Positions 8,979-18,470 of a DNA stretch of 64,000 bases are shown here, in pieces (the first letter of the stretch is position 1; every line of letters begins with the position of its first letter). The notes beneath the pieces are model-generated. The model was given only the letters and a program-made list of their open reading frames with translations, was not told the DNA's origin and did not search any database. The stretch is taken from the NCBI GenBank assembly GCA_046313635.1, contig JBKBYA010000001.1, positions 958,679 to 1,022,678 on the forward strand, written 5' to 3'. Source of the stretch: Pyrinomonadaceae bacterium. Lineage in GTDB: Bacteria > Acidobacteriota > Blastocatellia > Pyrinomonadales > Pyrinomonadaceae. The position numbers and the translations under genes are program-made.

Positions 8979-10496
8979 ATGGACCACGAAAACGAGATCA
9001 TCCGCCACGCGGACGGCCGCGTCGAGCTTCGCGACGAAGCGCTTCGCGAGATCGCGGCCTCGCCGCTTTATAACCGCGACCTCGCGCCGGTACCGGTCAG
9101 CGAACGCAATTGGACGACATACAACTACGCCGCGCTCTGGATCTCGATGGCGCACTGCATACCGACGTACATGCTCGCGTCGGGGCTGATCACGGCGGGC
9201 ATGAACTGGTGGCAGGCTCTCGTCACCATCCTGCTCGGCAACACGATCGTGCTCGTGCCGATACTGCTCAACTCGCATCCGGGGACGAAGTACGGCATTC
9301 CGTTCCCGGTCTTTGCCCGCGCGAGCTACGGCGTCGTGGGCTCGAATCTGCCGGCGCTGATGCGCGCGATCGTGGCGTGCGGCTGGTTCGGCATTCAGGC
9401 GTGGATCGGCGGGCAGGCGCTGCAGACGTTCTTCGGCTCGATCATTCCGGGATGGCAGACGATGCTCGGCGGGCCGATCGGCGGTCACACGCCGACCGAG
9501 TGGCTGTCGTTCATGCTCTTTTGGGGGATGAACATCTTCATCATTTATCGCGGGATGGACCTGCTCCGTCACGTCGAGAATTGGGCCGCTCCGTTCGTGC
9601 TCGTGATGACGGCGGTGCTGCTCGTCTGGATAGTTTACGAGGCCGGCGGGCCGGGCTTTTTGCTGCACGAGCCGGACAGGTTTGCGAGCGTGGGCGAGTT
9701 TTGGAAGATCTTTGTCCCGTCGCTCACGGCGATGATCGGCTTCTGGGCGACGCTCTCGCTGAACATGCCCGACTTCACACGCTTCGGCAAGAGCCAGCGC
9801 GAGCAGGCGATCGGGCAGACGGTCGCGCTGCCGACGACGATGACGGTCTTTGCGGCGATGGGCATCGTCATCACTTCGGCGGCGACGATCGTCTTTCCGC
9901 ATATGCGTCACGAGGACCTTTGGGACCCGGTCAAGCTCGTCGGGCAATTCACGCAGCCCCTGGTCGTCGCGGTGTCGATGTTCACGGTCGTCGTCGCGAC
10001 GCTCGCGGTCAACATCGCCGCCAACGTCGTGAGCCCCGCGAACGACTTTGCCAACGCGTTTCCAAAGTACATCTCGTTCCGCACCGGCGGTCTCATCACC
10101 GGCATCATCGGCATTCTCATCCAGCCGTGGCGCTTGCTCGCCGACCCGAGCGGCTACATCTTTGGCTGGCTCGTCGGCTACTCGGGCGGTCTCGGCTCGA
10201 TCGCCGGCGTGCTGATCGCCGACTACTGGATCGTGCGGAGAAAGGAGCTCGTTCTCGGCGATCTATACCGCAGCCGCGGCAGCTACGCGGGGTGGAATTG
10301 GCGTGCGGTCGCGGCGACCGCTTTAGGTTGCTTTTTCGCTTGGATAGGACTGATAATTCCAACACTTCGGCCCCTGTACGACTACGGCTGGTTCATCGGA
10401 TTTGGCGTCGCGTTCGCGGTGTATTGGGCGTTGATGAAGATCGGCCGCGATGAGGCCTCGCGGGAGCGGGCGGTCGACGGCGGTCAGGTTGTTTGA
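8979..10496 (+). CDS. NCS1 nucleobase:cation symporter-1 (uracil/hydantoin-type permease)
   Basis: LYNRDLAP, WISMAHCIP, KYGIPFPV, WFGIQ, LNMPDFTRF, NIAANVVSP; about 12 hydrophobic segments. Confidence 0.93.
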   Translation: MDHENEIIRHADGRVELRDEALREIAASPLYNRDLAPVPVSERNWTTYNYAALWISMAHCIPTYMLASGLITAGMNWWQALVTILLGNTIVLVPILLNSHPGTKYGIPFPVFARASYGVVGSNLPALMRAIVACGWFGIQAWIGGQALQTFFGSIIPGWQTMLGGPIGGHTPTEWLSFMLFWGMNIFIIYRGMDLLRHVENWAAPFVLVMTAVLLVWIVYEAGGPGFLLHEPDRFASVGEFWKIFVPSLTAMIGFWATLSLNMPDFTRFGKSQREQAIGQTVALPTTMTVFAAMGIVITSAATIVFPHMRHEDLWDPVKLVGQFTQPLVVAVSMFTVVVATLAVNIAANVVSPANDFANAFPKYISFRTGGLITGIIGILIQPWRLLADPSGYIFGWLVGYSGGLGSIAGVLIADYWIVRRKELVLGDLYRSRGSYAGWNWRAVAATALGCFFAWIGLIIPTLRPLYDYGWFIGFGVAFAVYWALMKIGRDEASRERAVDGGQVV

Positions 10497-10530
10497 TCAG
10501 GGAAAAAGCGAGTTACTCGCGGTGGCCGCT

Positions 10531-10697
10531 GCGGCTTTGCCGCCCTATTTGCGGAAAAGCTCGGCTTTTCCGAAAGGAGCGCACTCGACCTCATCGAGGC
10601 TGTGCCTCAGCTTCTCGCTCGGCGGCGCGGCCGCAAGAACTTAACAAGACAGAACGGAAAAGCAGAGCTTTTCGGCAAATAAACGGGCAGAGCCCGC
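10531..10697. repeat. REP/REPIN-like inverted repeat pair
   Basis: GCGGCTTTGCCGCCCTATTTGCGGAAAAGCTCGGCTTTTCCG (10531-10572) and an imperfect reverse complement at 10655-10697. Each arm has an internal hairpin. Confidence 0.7.
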
Positions 10698-10723
10698 GCA
10701 GGTTTTTTTATCGGGAGATCGTT

Positions 10724-12205
10724 ATGAGCAGTGCTGCGACCGGTGAGATGAAGTACGGCAAGGTCCGGAATTATTATGGCGGCGGATTTGTCGACAGCTC
10801 CGCCAGCGAATGGCTCGACGTGACGTCGCCGCTCGACGGCTCGCTGCTCTCGCAGGTGCCGATGTCGACGCGTGAGGAGCTGGACGCCGCGGTCGAGTCG
10901 GCCTCGGCGGCCTTTGCCGGCTGGAGCGCGACGCCGATCAAGGAACGCGTCCAGGTCTTTTTTCGCTATCGATACCTGCTCGAAAAATATTCCGAAGAGC
11001 TCACCGCGCTCATTTCCGAAGAGAACGGCAAGACGCTCGAGGAGGCGCGGGCCGAGGTCGACAAGAGCATCGAGCTCACCGAATTTGCATGCTCGATACC
11101 GCAGCTCGTCGCGGGCGAGATCCTCGAAGTTTCGAAAGGCGTCGAGTGCCGCGTCGAGCACTTTCCGCTCGGCGTCGTCGCGTCGATCGTGCCCTTCAAC
11201 TTTCCGCTGATGGTGCCGAACTGGACGATGCCGAACGCGCTCGTGCTCGGCAACACGATGATAATGAAGCCGTCCGAGCTCGTGCCGTTATCGGTTCAGC
11301 GAATGGCGGAGATACTCAAAGAGGCCGGCCTGCCCGACGGTGTCTTTAACGTCGTCAACGGCGGCCGCGAGGTCGTCGAAGGCATCTGCGATCACGGCGG
11401 GATCGAGGCCGTCAGCTTTGTCGGCTCGACCAATGTCGCAAAGATCGTTTACAAACGCGCGACCTCGAGTCTTAAACGCTGCGTCGCTCTCGGCGGCGCG
11501 AAGAATCACCTTTTTGTTCTGCCGGACGCAAACGTCTCGATGACGGCCTCGAATGTCGCCGCGTCGATGACCGGCTGCGCGGGCCAACGCTGCATGGCCG
11601 CCTCCGCGATGCTCGCCGTCGGCAGCGTCGACCCGATCATCGATCAGATCTGCGAAGAGGCGAGAAAGATCGTCCCCGGCAAAAACCTCGGCGCGGTCAT
11701 CTCGCAGGCCGCAAAAGAGCGGATCGAGAATTACATAACCGAGGCCGAAAAGGCCGGGGCAAAGATCCTCGTCGACGGCCGCGGCGCGACCGTCGAGGGC
11801 AAAGAGAAGGGGACGTACGTCGGCCCGACCGTGATCGACCACGTCACGCCCGATATGGCCGTCGCCCGCGAAGAGATCTTTGGCCCGGTCATCTCGATCA
11901 TCCGGACGAGCACGCTCGACGAGGCGATCGCGATCGAGAACAACAATCCGTACGGCAACGCCGCCGCGGTATTTACGCAGAGCGGCGGCCTCGCACGCCA
12001 AGTGATGGAACGCGCGAGCGCCGGGATGATCGGCGTCAACATCGGCGTGCCCGTACCGCGCGAGCCGTTCAGCTTTGGCGGCTGGAACGAGTCGCGCTTC
12101 GGCGCAAACGATATCACCGGCCGCAGCTCGATCGAATTCTGGACGCGCCTCAAAAAGACCACCACCAAATGGAACCCGGAGTCGCGAACGAATTGGATGT
12201 CTTAG
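10724..12205 (+). CDS. mmsA: CoA-acylating (methyl)malonate-semialdehyde dehydrogenase
   Basis: PFNFP, KPSE, SFVGST, GGAKNH, AGQRCMA (catalytic Cys), EEIFGP, PVPREPFSFGG. Confidence 0.93.
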   Translation: MSSAATGEMKYGKVRNYYGGGFVDSSASEWLDVTSPLDGSLLSQVPMSTREELDAAVESASAAFAGWSATPIKERVQVFFRYRYLLEKYSEELTALISEENGKTLEEARAEVDKSIELTEFACSIPQLVAGEILEVSKGVECRVEHFPLGVVASIVPFNFPLMVPNWTMPNALVLGNTMIMKPSELVPLSVQRMAEILKEAGLPDGVFNVVNGGREVVEGICDHGGIEAVSFVGSTNVAKIVYKRATSSLKRCVALGGAKNHLFVLPDANVSMTASNVAASMTGCAGQRCMAASAMLAVGSVDPIIDQICEEARKIVPGKNLGAVISQAAKERIENYITEAEKAGAKILVDGRGATVEGKEKGTYVGPTVIDHVTPDMAVAREEIFGPVISIIRTSTLDEAIAIENNNPYGNAAAVFTQSGGLARQVMERASAGMIGVNIGVPVPREPFSFGGWNESRFGANDITGRSSIEFWTRLKKTTTKWNPESRTNWMS

Positions 12206-12212
12206 AGATTAG

Positions 12213-12749
12213 TTTTTGCCGCTGATTAACGCCGATCGCGCGGATAAGAAGGATAAGAAGAAGACCGATGTGAGTTATGGATACCGGCTTGTTACATCGC
12301 GAATTGACGGACAGGATCATTGGTGTCTTTTACGATGTTTACAATGAGCTTGGATTTGGCTTTCTTGAATCTGTTTACGAAGATGCGATGGAGTTGGCGC
12401 TGGTCGATGCGGGTATGACAGTGGTGAGGCAAGCTCCGATACCGGTTTGGTTTCGCGGCCGGCCGCTCAGTACTTTTGAGGCCGATCTGATAGTGAGTGA
12501 TTCGATCATTATCGAGCTGAAGGCGGCAAGCCAATTAGCTGAGATTCACGTCGCCCAGTTGATGCATTATCTCCGTGCGACAGAGATCGAAGTTGGACTG
12601 TTGATGAACTTCGGGCCAAAACCGGAATTCAAAAGGCGTGTTTTTGAGAACAGCCGAAAGCGGTTCGCAAAGCCCGCAAACTCACTGATTGAGAATCTAC
12701 TAACCTGATCTTTCTGATCCGCGCGATCTGCGACGATCCGCGGCAAACA
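12213..12749. mobile_element. Putative GxxExxY cassette 1 bounded by 40-bp imperfect inverted repeats
   Basis: 12213-12252 and 12710-12749 are reverse complements at 32/40 positions by manual alignment. The enclosed gene is more AT-rich than its neighbours. Confidence 0.6.
12277..12708 (+). CDS. GxxExxY protein (PD-(D/E)XK nuclease-fold family)
   Basis: GFLESVY, ADLIV...IIELKA, HVAQLMHYL, GLLMNFG. Confidence 0.93.
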   Translation: MDTGLLHRELTDRIIGVFYDVYNELGFGFLESVYEDAMELALVDAGMTVVRQAPIPVWFRGRPLSTFEADLIVSDSIIIELKAASQLAEIHVAQLMHYLRATEIEVGLLMNFGPKPEFKRRVFENSRKRFAKPANSLIENLLT

Positions 12750-12765
12750 AAATTGATTCAAAAAT

Positions 12766-13635
12766 ATGTCACGAGTCATCAAATGCGGCCTTATTCAGGC
12801 TCACAACATCGCTCCCGTCGAGATGCCGATCGAGGAGATCAAGCGGCAGAATATTGAGCACCAGATGCAGTTCGTCGAGCAGGCGGCCGAACAGGGCGTG
12901 CAGATGCTCTGCTTTCAGGAGATCTTTACGACGCCGTACTTCTGCGCCGAACAGCAGACCCGCTGGTACGAGGCCGTCGAACGCGTGCCTGACGGCCCAA
13001 CCGTCAAGCTGATGCAGGACGTCGCGAGAGAGCACGGAATGGTACTCGTCGTGCCGATCTACGAAGAGGAGCAGACCGGCGTCTATTACAACACCGCCGC
13101 CGTGATCGACGCCGACGGCAAGTATCTCGGCAAGTATCGCAAGACGCACATCCCGCACGTCGCGCCGGGATTTTGGGAAAAGTTCTACTTTCGTCCGGGC
13201 AATCTCGGCTACCCGACCTTCGAGACGGCCTTTGCGCGGATCGGCGTTTATATCTGCTACGACCGGCACTTTCCCGAGGGAGCACGCTGCCTCGGTCTCA
13301 ACGGCGCGGAGATCATCTTTAATCCGTCGGCGACAGTCGCCGGTCTCAGCGAATATCTCTGGAAGCTCGAGCAGCCGGCCCACGCGGTCGCGAACGGGTA
13401 CTTTGTCGGAGCGATCAATCGTGTCGGCACCGAGGCGCCGTGGAATATCGGCGAGTTTTACGGCCAGAGCTACTTCTGCGATCCGCGCGGCCAGATGCTC
13501 GCCGTCGGCACGCGCGATCAGGACGAACTGATCGTTGCCGACCTCGACATGGGCAAGATCCGCGAGGTGCGAAACACATGGCAGTTCTACCGCGACCGCC
13601 GGCCCGACCTCTACGGCCCGATCGTCGCGGATTGA
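12766..13635 (+). CDS. Beta-ureidopropionase (nitrilase/carbon-nitrogen hydrolase family)
   Basis: FQEIF, YRKTHIP, FWEKFYF, YICYDRHFPEG (Glu-Lys-Cys triad); pathway context. Confidence 0.9.
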   Translation: MSRVIKCGLIQAHNIAPVEMPIEEIKRQNIEHQMQFVEQAAEQGVQMLCFQEIFTTPYFCAEQQTRWYEAVERVPDGPTVKLMQDVAREHGMVLVVPIYEEEQTGVYYNTAAVIDADGKYLGKYRKTHIPHVAPGFWEKFYFRPGNLGYPTFETAFARIGVYICYDRHFPEGARCLGLNGAEIIFNPSATVAGLSEYLWKLEQPAHAVANGYFVGAINRVGTEAPWNIGEFYGQSYFCDPRGQMLAVGTRDQDELIVADLDMGKIREVRNTWQFYRDRRPDLYGPIVAD

Positions 13636-13646
13636 TCGAAAACAAA

Positions 13647-14033
13647 ATGAAAGAGCGTCGCCGCTGTTCGTCCGGAACAAAGTGGGAGCCGATCGTCGGT
13701 TACTCACGCGCGGTGCGCGTCGGCGATCGCATCTACGTCACCGGTACCACCGCGACCGATCAAAGCGGCGAGATCGTCGGCGTCGACGACGCATACGCGC
13801 AGACCGTGCAGACGATCAGGAATATCGAACGTGCATTGTCGGCACTCGATGCCTCGCTCGAGTCGATCGTCCGCACGCGGATGTTCGTCACAGACATTTC
13901 TCGATGGGAAGAGTACGGCCGAGCGCACGGCGAGTTCTTTCGCGAGATAAAGCCCGCGACGACGATGGTCGAAGTTTCAAAGCTCATCGATCCTCGCATG
14001 CTGATCGAGATCGAGGCCGACGCCGAGATCTGA
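13647..14033 (+). CDS. RidA/YjgF family protein
   Basis: WEPIVGYSRAVRVG, IVRTRMFV, PATTMVEV, IEIEADA. Confidence 0.9.
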   Translation: MKERRRCSSGTKWEPIVGYSRAVRVGDRIYVTGTTATDQSGEIVGVDDAYAQTVQTIRNIERALSALDASLESIVRTRMFVTDISRWEEYGRAHGEFFREIKPATTMVEVSKLIDPRMLIEIEADAEI

Positions 14034-14040
14034 TCGACGC

Positions 14041-14076
14041 TAATTAATAATTATTGAATTAGTAATTAGTAATTAA
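14041..14076. repeat. AT-rich heptamer tandem repeat (TAATTAR-like)
   Basis: TAATTAA TAATTAT TGAATTAG TAATTAG TAATTAA within a GC-rich background. Confidence 0.7.
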
Positions 14077-14087
14077 CCCACGGATAA

Positions 14088-15548
14088 ATGACACAAGATT
14101 TCCGCACACCGCTGGACAGGGAAGTGATCGAGTGCAACTTTGCCGAGCTGCACCCGCCGCTCACACCGGCCGAAGCGACGCACGAGGCGAATCGGTGCCT
14201 CTACTGCTACGACGCGCCGTGCATGCACGCATGCCCGACGCACATCGACATTCCCGGCTTCATCAAAAAGATCGCGAGCGGCAATCTGACGGGCTCGGCC
14301 CGTGTGATATTTGACGCCAACCCCATCGGCGCGACATGCGCACGCGTGTGTCCGGTCGAGGCGTTGTGCGAAGGCGCGTGCGTCGAAAAGACTCTGCTCC
14401 GCAAGCCGATCGAGATCGGCCGCCTGCAGCGTTACGCGACAGATCACGTGCTGTCGAGCGGCAAGCAGCTTTTTGAAAAAGGCGAACCGAACGGCAAGTC
14501 CGTCGGCATCGTTGGCTCGGGCCCGGCCGGGCTCTCGTGCGCGACATACCTTGCACGGCTCGGCTACGACGTGACCGTTTATGATCGACGACCGATGGCC
14601 GGCGGCCTCGATACGTACGGGATGGCCGAGTACAAGATGACGCAGGCGGTCTCGCAGGCAGAGGTCGATCAGGTCGCGCGGCTCGGCGTGAAGTTCGTCC
14701 TCAACACCGAGATAGGCGAAAAGTCAGAACCACCCGCGTCAGCGTGCGGGCCGTCGCAGGCAACCGGACATCACGATGCGGAACTCGACGCGCCAGTCCA
14801 AACCGTCGCCTTCGCCGATCTCAAAGAATGGCATGACGCTGTATTCATCGGCGTCGGGCTCGGCGCTACCAACAAGCTCAACATTCCCGGCGAAGACCTC
14901 GACGGCGTCTATGATGCACTGCACTTCATCGAGCAGGTCAAAACGCGTGAATGGGAAAAGGTGCCGCTCGGCCGCACGGTCGCGGTGATCGGCGCGGGCA
15001 ACACCGCGATCGACGCCGTCACGCAGGCAAAGCGCCTCGGCGCCGAAAAAGCGATACTCGTCTACCGCCGCGGCGAAAAGGACATTCCCGCCTACGACTA
15101 CGAGTACGAGCTCGCCAAGCACGACGGCATCGAATTCATCTGGCACGCCGCCCCGATCGGCATCTTGTCGGAGAATGACGACGGCCGCGTTTCGTCGCTT
15201 CGGTGCGAGCGAACCGACGGCTCGCTGCAGATCTTCGAGGTGCCGTGCGACATGGTCATCAAGGCGATCGGCCAGACAAAGATGTCGTGGTTCTTTTCAT
15301 CAGTCGCGGGCGTCGCGGTGGACCGAGCCGGCCGTGTGATCGTCAACGATCTGATGCAGACATCGGATGCAAAAGTCTTCGCCGGCGGCGACTGCGTCAA
15401 TGGCGGCGGCGAAGCGGTCGAGGCCGCGCAGATGGGCAAGCTCGCGGCGATGGGCATTCACCGTTCGCTGACCGGACAGACGACGGAGTTCGCCGGGACA
15501 GTGCTGCGCGGCTCGTTAACGGGTCGCAGCGGCCCCGGTGATCTTTGA
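14088..15548 (+). CDS. preT: Dihydropyrimidine dehydrogenase subunit PreT (GltD-like, FAD/Fe-S)
   Basis: EANRCLYCYDAPC, CARVCP..LCEGAC, GSGPAG, GAGNTAID, FAGGD; close to preA. Confidence 0.88.
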   Translation: MTQDFRTPLDREVIECNFAELHPPLTPAEATHEANRCLYCYDAPCMHACPTHIDIPGFIKKIASGNLTGSARVIFDANPIGATCARVCPVEALCEGACVEKTLLRKPIEIGRLQRYATDHVLSSGKQLFEKGEPNGKSVGIVGSGPAGLSCATYLARLGYDVTVYDRRPMAGGLDTYGMAEYKMTQAVSQAEVDQVARLGVKFVLNTEIGEKSEPPASACGPSQATGHHDAELDAPVQTVAFADLKEWHDAVFIGVGLGATNKLNIPGEDLDGVYDALHFIEQVKTREWEKVPLGRTVAVIGAGNTAIDAVTQAKRLGAEKAILVYRRGEKDIPAYDYEYELAKHDGIEFIWHAAPIGILSENDDGRVSSLRCERTDGSLQIFEVPCDMVIKAIGQTKMSWFFSSVAGVAVDRAGRVIVNDLMQTSDAKVFAGGDCVNGGGEAVEAAQMGKLAAMGIHRSLTGQTTEFAGTVLRGSLTGRSGPGDL

Positions 15549-15566
15549 CCTTTTTCGCACTCCGAC

Positions 15567-16096
15567 GTGATCGACCCCAGATGATGCCGATGACTCAGAT
15601 TTCGCAATGCAGGGGTCTTTAACTATGGACGACTTGAAAACCAATGAACAGTTTCGTCACAGCGATCTCACCAGGGACATCATCGGTACGTTTTACGAGG
15701 TCTATAACGAGCTCGGCCACGGCTTTATCGAATCTGTATATGAGAATGCGCTTTGCATCACCCTGCGAAAGAAGGGGTTGGAGGTGCATCAGCAGGGCGC
15801 GGTGCCTGTTTGGTTCCGTGGGCAAAAGGTTGGTGATTTCGATGCGGACGTAATGGTCAATCGCCTCGTACTACTCGAACTCAAGGTCGCGCGCACGATC
15901 GAACAAGCTCACATCGCGCAACTTTTGAATTACCTGAAAGCGACACCGATCGAAGTCGGGCTGCTGCTGAATTTCGGTCCAAGGCCCGAGTTCAAACGCG
16001 TAGTATTTGGGAATGACCGAAAGTCCGGCGAGCCAAAGGAACCTTCGGCAGATCCGTTCTTATCTGCGCTCTCCGCGTGATCCGCGGTTCGATCAC
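15567..16096. mobile_element. Putative GxxExxY cassette 2 bounded by degenerate inverted repeats
   Basis: GTGATCGACCCCAGATGATGCCGATGACTCAGAT (from 15567) matches TATCTGCGCTCTCCGCGTGATCCGCGGTTCGATCAC (16061-16096) at about 25/36 positions with one gap. The cassette lies between preT and preA. Confidence 0.5.
15625..16080 (+). CDS. GxxExxY protein (PD-(D/E)XK nuclease-fold family), paralog of 12277..12708
   Basis: GFIESVY, ADVMV...LLELKV, HIAQLLNYL, GLLLNFG. Confidence 0.93.
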   Translation: MDDLKTNEQFRHSDLTRDIIGTFYEVYNELGHGFIESVYENALCITLRKKGLEVHQQGAVPVWFRGQKVGDFDADVMVNRLVLLELKVARTIEQAHIAQLLNYLKATPIEVGLLLNFGPRPEFKRVVFGNDRKSGEPKEPSADPFLSALSA

Positions 16097-16119
16097 CGGA
16101 GCAAGAATTCATTTCGAAT

Positions 16120-17367
16120 ATGGCAAATCTGGCTATCAACTTTGCAGGAATAAAATCACCCAATCCTTTTTGGCTTGCTTCGGCGCCGCCGACGAATATG
16201 GGCTCGATGATCGAGCGCGCATTCGACGCCGGCTGGGGCGGCGCCGTGTGGAAGACGTTGGGCGAGCCGATCACGAACGTCTCGTCGCGGCTCGCTTCGA
16301 TCGATCACGGTGCGATGCGGATGATCGGGCTCAATAACATCGAGCTGATAACCGACCGGCCGCTGGAGGTCAATCTCAAAGAAGTTTACGAGTGCAAAAA
16401 GAAATATCCGAACAATGCCGTCATCGTCTCGCTGATGGTCGAGTCCAAGCGCGAGGCCTGGCATGAGATCGTCAAACGCGCGCAGGACACGGGCTGCGAC
16501 GGATTTGAATTGAACTTCGGCTGCCCGCACGGAATGAGCGAACGCGGGATGGGCTCGGCGATGGGCCAGGTGCCAGAGTACACGTGCATGGTGACCGAGT
16601 GGGTCAAAGAGGTCTCCGAGATCCCGGTCATCGTCAAGCTCACGCCAAACGTCGCGCACATCGGCCCGCCGGGACGCGCCGCGCAGAAGGGCGGCGCCGA
16701 CGCGGTCTCTCTGATCAATACGATCAACTCGTTAATGGGCGTCGACATCGACACGCTCGTTCCGTATCCGAACGTCAACGGCAAAGCGGCGCACGGCGGC
16801 TACTGCGGCCCGGCCGTCAAACCGATCGCTCTGAATATGGTCAGCGAGCTCGCACGCGATCCGGAATTCAACATTCCGATCTCGGGCATCGGCGGCATTT
16901 CAAACTGGCGCGACGCGGTCGAATTCATGCTGCTCGGCGCCGGCACGGTACAGGTCTGCACCGCCGTGATGCACTACGGCTACCGCATCGTCGAAGACAT
17001 GATCGACGGCCTCAACAATTATCTCGACGAGAAGGGATTTGCCACTGTCGGCGAGATCGTCGGCCGTTCGGTCGAACGCGTCACCGACTGGGGCAATCTC
17101 GACCTCAACTACGACGTCAAGGCTCACGTCAACGAAGAGCACTGCATCCGCTGCAACCTCTGCTACGTCGCCTGCGAGGACGGCGCGCACCAGTCGTTCG
17201 AGTTCGTCGAGTCAAACGGCCACCGCTACCCGCGCGTCATCGAATCGGAGTGCGTCGGCTGCAACCTCTGCTACCTCGTCTGCCCCTCGCCCGGAGCGAT
17301 CACGATGGAACGCCGCGACGACGGCAGCAATCCCCAAACCTGGAAGCAGCGTACAGCTTCTACCTGA
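16120..17367 (+). CDS. preA: NAD-dependent dihydropyrimidine dehydrogenase subunit PreA
   Basis: NPFWLASAPP, GLNNIELI, ELNFGCPHGM, KLTPN, C-terminal 2x[4Fe-4S] CIRCNLC/CVGCNLC. Confidence 0.95.
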   Translation: MANLAINFAGIKSPNPFWLASAPPTNMGSMIERAFDAGWGGAVWKTLGEPITNVSSRLASIDHGAMRMIGLNNIELITDRPLEVNLKEVYECKKKYPNNAVIVSLMVESKREAWHEIVKRAQDTGCDGFELNFGCPHGMSERGMGSAMGQVPEYTCMVTEWVKEVSEIPVIVKLTPNVAHIGPPGRAAQKGGADAVSLINTINSLMGVDIDTLVPYPNVNGKAAHGGYCGPAVKPIALNMVSELARDPEFNIPISGIGGISNWRDAVEFMLLGAGTVQVCTAVMHYGYRIVEDMIDGLNNYLDEKGFATVGEIVGRSVERVTDWGNLDLNYDVKAHVNEEHCIRCNLCYVACEDGAHQSFEFVESNGHRYPRVIESECVGCNLCYLVCPSPGAITMERRDDGSNPQTWKQRTAST

Positions 17368-18432
17368 TCACTCGATACTGCCGTTTTCGATCGAGACCGC
17401 GGCAAGTCTTCCGAGGCCCGAGACGAAATGATCAAATCGGGCAAAGCGAGCGTCCGTCGTAAATCCCCTCGCATAGCGCGCGTAGATCTGCTGTGCGATC
17501 ACCGCGATCTTGAATAGCCCAAAAACATAATAAAAGAGCATGTCGCCCACATCGCGGCCGGCCGCAGCGGAGTACATCTCGACCAATTCCGCTCGCGAGA
17601 TCGTTTCGCGCAGCACGCGCGGATTGAACGGCATGTTGAGCATCTCTTCGCCGCCCTCGCGGCCGATCCAGTAACCGAGCGTCGTGCCGAGGTCCATCAG
17701 CGGATCGCCGACGGTCGCCATTTCCCAATCGAGCACGGCGACGACGCGCGTCAGGTCCGCCGGGTCGAGCATCACGTTGTCGAATTTGTGATCGTTGTGA
17801 ATGAGCGCCGCGCCGGACTCGGCGGGAATGTTTGCGTTGAGCCATTCGATCGCGGACTCGAGCTCCGGCCAGTCGTGCGTTTTCGCCGCAAAGTAGCGAC
17901 GCGTCCATCCCTCGACCTGGCGGCGGCAGTAGCCGTCTGGATCGCCGAGATCGGCCAGGCCCGCGGCTTCGATATCGAGCGAATGAAGCCGCGCGAGATT
18001 CTGCATCAGACTCTCGCACACTGCACGCTGCAGTCTCGGCGAAGATGCAATCTCCGCGGGAACCTCCGCCCGCAGTATCACGCCGCGCCTTCGCTCCATC
18101 AGATAAAACTCGGAACCGATGACCGAAATGTCATCGCAAAAGAGCAGAACCTTCGGCGCCGGCGGATAAACCTTCGCGAGCTTTGCGAGCACGCGAAACT
18201 CGCGCTTCATATCGTGCGCCGACCTGACCGTGTTGCCAAAGGGCGGCCGGCGCAGAACGTATTCTTCGCCGTCGACCTTGACGAGATATGTGAGGTTCGA
18301 GCTGCCGCCGCGAAATTGTTCGACCGACAGAGCGCTGTCGAGGTCACCTATGCCGGCGGCGGCCAAATGGTCGCGCACGCGTGAGACGTCGAGATCTTCG
18401 CCTGCTCTCACCGCCGAAGTTTCACGGTTCAT
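17368..18432 (-). CDS. APH-like phosphotransferase (ACAD10/11 kinase-domain / LvaA-like)
   Basis: [43 protein letters not shown]. Confidence 0.88.
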   Translation of the reverse strand: MNRETSAVRAGEDLDVSRVRDHLAAAGIGDLDSALSVEQFRGGSSNLTYLVKVDGEEYVLRRPPFGNTVRSAHDMKREFRVLAKLAKVYPPAPKVLLFCDDISVIGSEFYLMERRRGVILRAEVPAEIASSPRLQRAVCESLMQNLARLHSLDIEAAGLADLGDPDGYCRRQVEGWTRRYFAAKTHDWPELESAIEWLNANIPAESGAALIHNDHKFDNVMLDPADLTRVVAVLDWEMATVGDPLMDLGTTLGYWIGREGGEEMLNMPFNPRVLRETISRAELVEMYSAAAGRDVGDMLFYYVFGLFKIAVIAQQIYARYARGFTTDARFARFDHFVSGLGRLAAVSIENGSIE

Positions 18433-18470
18433 ATGCGTATGTCGAGGTGTGCTATCTTGGTCGCGAAATT

